47,704 bases of DNA, taken from contig JAUCBJ010005636.1 in the NCBI GenBank assembly GCA_032718475.1, positions 1 through 47,704 on the forward strand, read 5' to 3'. The translations under genes and the position numbers were made by a program. A model generated the notes under the pieces. It was not told the DNA's origin. It did no database searches and saw only the letters and a list, made by a program, of their open reading frames with translations. Below are positions 39,117 to 47,704 of the stretch, one piece after another. This stretch comes from Nemertoderma westbladi (taxonomy: Eukaryota > Animalia > Xenacoelomorpha). Each line of letters starts with the position of its first letter. The stretch's first letter is position 1.

Positions 39117-40008
39117 ATGAATTCACGAATTACCGGTACCAGTATCAGTATGGATGCGTCGAGTAGCAATCTTACCGGTATGGGGGCAGGTAAAACGGGT
39201 GCCGTTTTAACTGTGATGAAAGTATTGGAGATGTTGGAATTTGGATTACCGCTATCGGATGTGAGGGTTGGCCAACCGAATTTGGGAAATAATGAATTCC
39301 CCGAGGACGAGTTTACCACTGTTTCGACTTTGGCGAAGCTCACGGAGACAGACCGATGGCCATGGATTCGGACGAGCAGCACCAAAAACAACTATCTCGT
39401 CAACTATTGCCATGGATCTAGTCGAATTTTGAGGGAAGAGAGGCGAAACGGGGAGCGATGCGTGCGGCTCTATTTTAATGTGCAAGTGGGTAACCGCTGG
39501 ACGAGGAAATATATATCAGGCGACGCTGGATCTACCAGTAGCGGGACTTCTACGGATATCGAGACTGATGAGTGTGTCATTGAAATTTCCCGAGTTTACT
39601 ATCGACATCCAAGCAATAGTCTTTTCACAAGGACAGTTTGGGGTGTTGCGCTTACTATTGGAAACCTTCCGTTTACTTTACATCCTGATCTCATTGTGTT
39701 GGATTATAAATGGAGTGGGGAAACTGACAGAAACTCACTACTGGAACCTGTAGGCTCGATCGGCCGGACTACTTCTCATCATCACGAGATTCTTCCTAGT
39801 GAGCCTAGGGCTGAGCCGGTACCAACCATTTCTGTTAGGCCTGTGAAACGACAAGCCAATACCGTTAATGGTCAAGAGGAGACCATACAACGCATTTGTG
39901 CTACCGGTAATCGGCCAGGTACAGCTAGCGTTTCGGTACCAATAATATCTGGATGGAGGCCTATAAAACAAGAACACGGTACAGATAAAGATGTCATTAC
40001 CATTGATG
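39117..40008 (+). CDS. MULE second gene, exon 1 (shared 205-aa N-terminal domain plus unique linker)
   Basis: Open frame from the ATG at 39117. Donor G|GTGAGC at 40009 precedes an AT-rich intron, phase 1. Confidence 0.7.
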
Positions 40009-40198
40009 GTGAGCCCGTGATTGTTATATATTTATTATTGCGTTATTATGTTCAGGGATGGCATAACGAAACGAAATACATTTCAATTTCGTTTCGTTTT
40101 ACATTTTTATGTAAAATTAATTTATTAATTAAACATTATTTAAACTGATTTATTGGTTAGTAATAGTATGTTCCCAAAATTTTTATATTTCCTTTTAG

Positions 40199-40680
40199 AT
40201 GAAAATGATGAAGTAGCTACGAGTTCGGGATTGATTAACCTGAAGGATATCTTGATGTGTGACGATGTTACAAGTACACCATTGGACCAATACGAAATAA
40301 TACCGAAACCCCGCCTGCCTAAGGAAACTCGTATATGTAGATCATCAAGTATTTGTTGTCAAAATTTTACTAATTCCAACATAGTGTTTCGTAAGAGGGC
40401 AGTTATTGAGATCAATAACAAAAAGCGATTTGGGAATCAATATTACCACCGTGTGTGTGCTGAAAAGGAGAAAGGTTTTGGTTATGATAAATGTTTCATT
40501 CTAACTAAAAACTTAAAGTACCTTGACGAAGAAGTAATAAGCTACTTTGGTGGTAAAGGAGTTCAATTTTTAGATGAACGATACGGCTTGTCACAAGCAA
40601 TGCCAGCGTTGAGTCTAACAGATTTAATGCAGAAATTCTTAAGTTTTTCAACTTTATTCTTAAAAAACCAATCCCAATAA
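40199..40680 (+). CDS. MULE second gene, exon 2 (Cys/His zinc-finger-like domain; 3' end runs into antisense transposase)
   Basis: TTTCCTTTTAG acceptor, phase 1, compatible with exon 1. Encodes RICRSSSICCQNF...GNQYYHRVC. Stop TAA at 40678-40680. Confidence 0.65.
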
Positions 40681-42134
40681 GCATTTAACGCTAATGACAA
40701 CCATCTCTCCTTCACATTTTCTACAGCCTGATTGTACTCGACAACATTCTCAGATTGAACTAGAGCAAACATATCTCGTAGGATAATGTCCCGTTTGATT
40801 GGGTCAACGTGAAGCTCATCCATCTTTCTAACACAATTTTCTGTGATATGCGTATAACATAACAAAAACTTAGCATTGAAAAAGCGACCAATACCATCAC
40901 GAATCGCAATCTCATCATCTACTCCTATTGCTATATTTGCAGCTGCTAAAGAAGGGAAAGAAATAGCTAAGGTTGAAGAAAAATATTCAAAAGCCGGCGT
41001 TGTTGACTTTGAATGAATATACACAGGTCCCAAAATACTAGGATGTGAGTTGGTCCTCTTATTCAGAAACCACGGAGCTTGATAACTAAATAAAGTAACA
41101 AAATAGGCTCCAATATTGTAGGTTTTGTCAATTTGAAGAACAGAACCAGATCGCAAAGACGCAAATTCCATCAATTTAACACCGTTTTCATCTGCTAAAA
41201 CAATGGATAAACCTTGCTGAGTACAGCCTGCTGATCTGATTATCTTTCCCTCGTCAGTTTGCATCAACATAAGAATGTTCAGCATCTCATCCTGAGAGCC
41301 TGTAAGACCACGTTTATCCTTCTTATTAATCGATTTATTTATATCGTAAATAATACCACGATTCGGTATCTCATATTGATGTTCCTGATAAATGTGTTGG
41401 GGTTTCTTACCGCCCTTTAATTCCTTCTCAACGATATCTCGGGTAATTTTAGCAATTCGTTGACGTGGTTGAACTAAATGTCCCTTTCCATTTATTGTAG
41501 GAATCATTTGTAGCGAACTTCTGTCAGTTTCCCCACTCCATTTATAATCCAACACAATGAGATCAGGATGTAAAGTAAACGGAAGGTCTCCAATAGTAAG
41601 CGCAACACCCCAAACTGTCCTTGTGAAAAGACTATTGCTTGGATGTCGATAGTAAATTCGGGAAATTTCAATGACACACTCATCAGTCTCGATATCCGTA
41701 GAAGTCCCGCTACTGGTAGATCCAGCGTCGCCTGATATATATTTCCTCGTCCAGCGGTTACCCACTTGCACATTAAAATAGAACTGTAGGAGTCGCTCAC
41801 CGTTTTGCTTCTCTTCCCTCAAAATTCGACTAGATTGATTTGAATAGTTGACGAGATAGTTGTTTTTGGTGCTGCTCGTCCGAATCCATGGCCATCGGTC
41901 TGTCTCCGTGAGCTTCGCCAAAGTCGAAACAGTGGTAAACTCGTCCTCGGGGAATTCATTATTTCCCGAATTCGGTTGGCCAACCCCCACATCCGATAGC
42001 GGTAATCCAAATTCCAACATCCCCAATACTTTCATCACAGTTAAAACAGCACCCGTTTTACCTGCCCCAATACCGGTAAGATTTCCACTCGACGCATCCA
42101 TACTGATACTGGTACCGGTAATTCGTGAATTCAT
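40563..42134 (-). CDS. MULE DDE transposase, C-terminally truncated (523 aa)
   Basis: LQIDKTYN, GVDDEIAI and LLCYTH motifs (D, D, CxxH). The ORF ends at DKPYRSSKN* where the TNNxxE segment would be expected. Confidence 0.88.
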   Translation of the reverse strand: MNSRITGTSISMDASSGNLTGIGAGKTGAVLTVMKVLGMLEFGLPLSDVGVGQPNSGNNEFPEDEFTTVSTLAKLTETDRWPWIRTSSTKNNYLVNYSNQSSRILREEKQNGERLLQFYFNVQVGNRWTRKYISGDAGSTSSGTSTDIETDECVIEISRIYYRHPSNSLFTRTVWGVALTIGDLPFTLHPDLIVLDYKWSGETDRSSLQMIPTINGKGHLVQPRQRIAKITRDIVEKELKGGKKPQHIYQEHQYEIPNRGIIYDINKSINKKDKRGLTGSQDEMLNILMLMQTDEGKIIRSAGCTQQGLSIVLADENGVKLMEFASLRSGSVLQIDKTYNIGAYFVTLFSYQAPWFLNKRTNSHPSILGPVYIHSKSTTPAFEYFSSTLAISFPSLAAANIAIGVDDEIAIRDGIGRFFNAKFLLCYTHITENCVRKMDELHVDPIKRDIILRDMFALVQSENVVEYNQAVENVKERWLSLALNAYWDWFFKNKVEKLKNFCIKSVRLNAGIACDKPYRSSKN

Positions 42135-43069
42135 AAGACAGTAAGCTGGTAAGCAGGTAAGATAGATTAGATAGGCCTAAACAAATACCGGTACCGGTAC
42201 TAAAATAGGTTATGGTGATTCGATTCCCAATGTCTACTTTAAGTTTATTAGCCTACTGCTTTAGTTTGGTATTGCAGTAGCCCTAGCTGCACAGACAGAA
42301 TAGATTACTGGATTACGGGTACCATAACAAATAGCGGAATAAAATACAATGATTTAAAGAACTAACTATTGGTACGGTACCTCACTACATCACCGGCACC
42401 GGCCAGCCGGTATGTGATCGCAATACTGCTGTACTGCAATATGCCTACCTGTCTACCCCTACCGATGTAGGCTGTACAGTACAGCAGTACAGTGTGCAAT
42501 GGATATAAGGCCAACGTCACTCACTAGTGCCTAGCAACCAGTCCAGCTGTGCATTGAGATACAAATTGGCAATAATAGTGGCATTGTACGGACATTTTGA
42601 AAATAATTTTTATACAAACTGATGTAGAATTACCTTGGCTTTCCGATTTGGACTGTGTTTGACAAAATTGGTTAACATTTGGACTGTGTTTGATTGTGTT
42701 TGGGTGTGTTTGGTTGTGTTTGATTGTGTGCTTAATTTCCAACTATCCATATTTTAGGACTAACTAATTGCGACAACATTTGAGATACAGGTTTGCGCTC
42801 GCGGTGGTCATTAAAACTGGTCACTTGGTTGCTATGAGATTGAACAGAAACTGGAAGTGTGTAAGGTCAGACGTTGGCTATTGTTAGCATATGTTTTTTT
42901 CATTCAATCATTTTCAGAGAGAACATTCATCATTCTCATATTATAGTCTGACGTAGCCCAGTTAGAGCGAAAACGTTCACTACGACAACACCTTAGTGTT
43001 TTCGATTATAGAACTCAAGGATCAGCCATTGCATAATGTAGTGCTTTGGTGTCCTTTCTTCAGTAAATA

Positions 43070-43250
43070 GGCATGGTGGACATCCCATGACTTTCTTGAG
43101 ACGCATCTTAAAGGACACTGGCCTTGAAGATGCGAATAATGTAACACATGTCATGGGTGATAGGGAATTATGGCCCGGCGCAATTTTGCCGGCACAGCAT
43201 TCTTAATATATATGTAAAGTATATAATGCAGCTGCAATGTGGCAAGCCGA
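43070..43250 (+). mobile_element. Short RTE 3'-end fragment
   Basis: Similar to 46175-46345 (CATGACTTTCTTGAGA.GCATCTTAAAGGACACTG.CCTTGAAGATGC). Confidence 0.8.
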
Positions 43251-43642
43251 TAGAACTCAACTATAACATTCGGGAAAATTGTTGTTAATTTTGGTGTGTC
43301 TAAAAAAAACAAGTAGTGCAAATATGATGTGCAAATGTGATATGCAAAAGGTATGCAAATATGTATCGTGATCAGTGACCTTAAAACCAGAATAGATACA
43401 GCATAATCAAACCAAAGGCAAAATTTATCAGTTATAAATGTTTGTTACTTGTACTTTTCGTTCTCTGGGTACCACAATGGCACCAAAATTGGTTTGGATG
43501 ACCAAAAATATTTATAACTAATTTCATCGTCATCAGCGACCTCGAAAACCCATACCTTCAGAATTATCAAAACAAACACAAAACGTTTTAGTTTGACATT
43601 GTTTACTTGTAGGCCTACTTTCGTCCTGGGGGACCAAAACAA

Positions 43643-46353
43643 GAGAGGCAAGTCACTAGACTAGCCTCAGTTAACACCCTAACACTCGGGTCCCCAATGC
43701 GACAAGGTGAGTTGACTGCTTTGACAGATAAGCTTTCTCTTAGCGCAGTGGGTATCTAAGAGCACCGAATGCAATCTGGACAGACTGATGAGGTTTTGAT
43801 AAAGGACATGGGGGGTGGTTGGCGACTCGCCCTCGCGTCAGCAGATGATAGTGGAAATGGTGGAATTGGTCTATTGATGAGTGCACATGCAGCATTGGAC
43901 AAAATAGACCAAATCTCTAACCGCATCATCCGTTGCCACTTCTCATGTTCTGGAAGACTGGCTAAGAAGTTTCCTAAGGTGGTTCTGATTGTGTGCTACT
44001 CTCCAACTAGTGTTGCCCCTGTAGAGGAGGTTGAAAATTTCTACCACAATCTACAAGCAGCTACTGATGGAGTGGATCAGCATGCATTCTTAACATTCCT
44101 GGGAGACTTTAATGCAAGTCTGCATAAATCACCTACATCGCCCTGGGTCTATAGCAATAGTGTCAACCGAAATTCCGTCCATCTTCAGGATTTTATTTCT
44201 GGAAAGGGATTGTTTTCGGCTTGGACCCAGTTCAAGAAGCGAACTGGAAAGCTATGGACTCATAGTTTATTTCGTAGGATAAAATGTTCCAGTAATTATA
44301 TTGTAAATGCTGTATATCGTTACACCGCGTTGCATAGTTCTAGAATTTTTGAAATGTGCAATTCCGAAAATCTGTTAATTTAGCGAATTATTAGTATTCC
44401 TAAGTACATACATACATAATCAATTACATACTTAATTATTGTGCTGTAGCGTAGGTAGACGATATGGGCTGATTGTGCGATTATAATATAATATAATATT
44501 TTCCATATGTTGCCTGCGGTAAATAAAGAAATAAATAAATAAATAGTGGACCCAGTTGTCACAAGTCCCATGTAGACCATATTTTGTTTCGTAGGAAATA
44601 CAGGAGCTCTATACAAGAATGTAATAGATTTACACTTTGACCCTTTTCCAGTGATCACCGCCTTATAGTGGCCAAGGTAAGACTTAGTCTGAGTGCTAGC
44701 AGAACAACGAAATCTGCCTTGCCGCGACTGACTGGTCCTCTATGTTGCAACAGCCAAGTGTGAGATCCAGCTTCACACTACAGCTGAGCAACAGGTATGA
44801 GGTTCTTGCCTCTGAGGAGGCAGATCACTGCGAGGGCTATACTTACTGCCTTCACAGAAGCAGTTAAGTTAGCAGCTGCAGAAACAGTTCCTGTATACCC
44901 TCGAAACAGGAAAAAGGCCACAAAATTCAGAAGTGCCGAAATGACCTCTATAAGGCGCAGAAAGAGTCCTGATTCAAACAGACTGCAGTTGCCAAGAATG
45001 CAGTTGAGGCTGCATCTAGGTCCCTGAACAGGCAGTACTCTGTTAATCTACAGGAGCTAATAAACCAACAGGTTGATGCCATCAATGATGCTGACGACAG
45101 CAGGCAATCATCCCAGGCATGGAAATCTATCAACTTGCTTACTGGGTGGAAAAGACAACCAACCAACAAGATTAAGGCAGAATCACCAGCTTTGAAAATC
45201 TCCTCAATAATGGCAGGGTATTGCCTGATAACTTTATAGAAGTAAAAGTGTCTGAGTCTGTACTCCCAGATATTCCCATTGGCGATTTCTCCTTTGCAGA
45301 AGTGAAGGCTGCTGCAAAGAGCATTTAGACCAATCGTGCCAGTGGAGTAGATGGTGTTCCCCCTGATGTCTTTAAAATACCTGAATGTTTAAAGCTCATC
45401 TATCCCATCATAGTAGACATGTACAGAACAACAAGAGTCCCACAAGAAATGAAAACAAATAAGTTGGTGCCAGTTCGCAAGAAGGGCAACCTAAGACTAT
45501 GGTTCTTTTTGGGAATCTCATTGATCTCGATTGCTGCAAAGCTATACAATATAATTATATTAAATCACATTAGGGATCCCATTGAGAGACTGCTCCGTGG
45601 AAATCAGAATGGATTCCGTAAAGGTAGTGGGACCATGGAGCCCATTTTGGCACTTAGAAGTATAATTGAAGAGTTATCAAAACGAAAGACAGGCATCTGG
45701 CTGTTATCTTTGTTGACTTCTTCAAGGCATTTGATTCAGTCTCTTGCTCACTATGTTCAGCATACTTTCATTATATGGGATTCCTGATGAAATTATTGCA
45801 GCAATAAGTTCAGTATACGATGGTTCGACAACATTTGTGTCTACTGTAGATGGTGACACAGAACCATTTGAAGTATTATGGGGAGTCCTCCAAGGAGACA
45901 CACTTGCGCCATTCTTGTTTATAATTGTGGTTGACTATGTTCTACGCATGTCCTTAGATCATCATAATGATGATGGGATGATGGTAACTCCACCTACTGG
46001 CTCCAGAAGTCGAGGAAATCCTGCCAAGTACCTAACTGATCTAGACTTTGCTGATGACTTAGGAGTACTCTCAGAATCACTAGAGGGAGCCCAATGGCTC
46101 CTCAGCTCATTAGATCAGGCTGCTTTTAGTGTTGGTCTTTTTATTTATTCCAAAAAGACCAAATGGAGTGAATAATCATGGAGGACAGCGCATGACTTTC
46201 TTGAGAAGCATCTTAAAGGACACTGACCTTGAAGATGCAGATGATCTAGCAAATATCATGGGTGATAGGGAGTTGTGGTGGCACAATTTTGTCGACAAGC
46301 CAGCACAGCATTCTTAAAAATGCAGCTGCAATGCAGCATGCCGATCCTAGTAG
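43643..46353 (+). mobile_element. RTE-clade LINE (EN + RT), degenerate, flanked by a 35-bp direct repeat
   Basis: CYSPT, LGDFNA, SDH, QNGFR, GVLQGDTLAP and DFADDL motifs, with a TAGTAG tail. Flanks 43608-43642 and 46354-46388 match at 34/35 positions. Confidence 0.92.
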
Positions 46354-46878
46354 TGTAGGCCTACTTTCGTCCTGGGGGACTAAAACAACACCAAAAATTA
46401 TGGTTGCAATGCCAGAAAATATTTTTAACTTTTTTTTGCACTTGTCGGTAAATGGAAACCTATGCAACTTGGGAAACAGAGTGGAAGTTTTACGATAGCG
46501 GAGTTGTGTGTTTTACCACGCCGCACCATAAGCGTAGTTTGCATGTCCTTACATAGGTCTGCCAGACGCTGCCGTATTGAGTGACTAAAAGATCTGAGTT
46601 TGCTGATAAACGTATTGTAGTAATCACTGATTTAAGATAAGGTCATTGAGTTTACTAATAATAACTGAACTAATCATGAAATCATACTGACAAAAACTGG
46701 TAAGATCTGGTTCACTAACATAGCCTATCTATCGAATACATTCACACAACTAAACTAATAATGGCATTACACTGATTTATTTTATTTATTTATTTATTTA
46801 ATTCGTTAATAAAAACATATTTATTAATTTAATACGCACAACATAAAATATAAAATGATAAAACAACATAAGTACTGT

Positions 46879-47704
46879 TCGCGCTTTCAGACCTTTGGCA
46901 GTTTAACCCGCCAAATTAGAATGTCTTCTAGATAATAAATCGCTTTTTAGTCTATGACAAGTATTTGATTCACTACACTAGTCGAAACCAATCCGTGCGC
47001 GACCATTCACCCGCTGGATATTCCCGGGAGATTGGGTTCGACGGTTTAATTTTTATTGCTATGTAAGCCTAATGTATTATTCGACTGACAGTAATATATA
47101 ATCTCTGACAATATTATTCACCTTCGGTAATATTAACAGTTCCTTTAGGACGTGGCGCTTTATCTATATAAACAGAGTTATGACTTAAACTACTCACAAC
47201 GATATGGCTTAATTATAATTCACATATATGGCGCATTCTTTAGGAATTGCTTCTTTAACAGACTCACTCATACACAATGCTGCACAATACTGCACACTAA
47301 TCTGCCAATCTTCACTGATTTTAGTCACATATAAAAGGAACACAGACTGAATCATGTAGGGTCTATCAAATAACATTAGATTCACTTCAAACCACTTTAA
47401 CATAAGTCACAATCGTTTATTTGTAACCCTTCTCTCTTACCTTCGGTATATCAAGAATATTGGGTTTAGGGGTTGTTTATCGTTATTCCAAATATAATTA
47501 TTCATCAACCATATTATGAAGAACTGACGGTAAATAGCAGTATAAAACAACAATGAAAACACTGATTGTTATGAGTTTGCAATGTTTCAGCAGTCAGCAT
47601 GTATGATCAGTCAGCAGTCATCAGAGTCTTTAGGTATGTAGTCAGTTAAAGGATATATGCCCTTTATAATTAAACCTACTAGTGTACGACTAAAAAGCAG
47701 TACA
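46879..47704 (-). repeat. Interspersed repeat, copy B (inverted relative to 760-1581)
   Basis: Reverse complement of copy A with scattered substitutions. Runs off the window end. Confidence 0.9.

Larger units (their letters stand above)
38667..42748. mobile_element. Mutator-like (MULE) DNA transposon with very long, coding inverted arms
   Basis: Termini GGATAGTTGGAAATTAAGCACAC... / ...GTGTGCTTAATTTCCAACTATCC. Perfect 9-bp TSD ATATTTTAG (38658-38666, 42749-42757). Arms at 38667-39732 and 41519-42748. A MULE transposase ORF is present. Confidence 0.95.

Noticed and set aside
40009-40148. C-terminus of the 343-aa ORF in the track
   Set aside because: AT-rich read-through into a probable intron (40009-40198).
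36621-47704. First BAR exons of gene 1
   Set aside because: No segment resembling gene 2 exons 7185-7333 or 5076-5221 was found by eye. They are presumed outside the window, but could have been missed.

Overview
AT-rich, intron- and repeat-rich eukaryotic (invertebrate animal-like) genomic DNA. The host content is two head-to-tail, minus-strand, highly diverged paralogs of the GRAF/oligophrenin family (BAR-PH-RhoGAP). Gene 1 has eight phase-consistent coding exons between 36620 and 12128, no SH3 domain, and its first exons lie outside the window. Gene 2 has three BAR-domain exons at 7333-1938 and runs off the left edge. The introns are filled with RTE, L2 and RTEX-like LINEs, a Penelope fragment, two solo-LTR-like copies, MITEs/foldbacks and minisatellites. 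The most unusual object is a 4.08-kb Mutator-like element (38667-42748, perfect 9-bp TSD ATATTTTAG). Its ~1.1-1.2-kb inverted arms each encode the same ~205-aa N-terminal domain (CG-1-like motif pattern), giving two convergent genes. One fuses this domain to a MULE DDE core that lacks the final catalytic segment. The other is spliced and fuses it to a PARP-type zinc-finger-like motif with no catalytic core. All calls are from manual reading and motif recall; no database searches were run.
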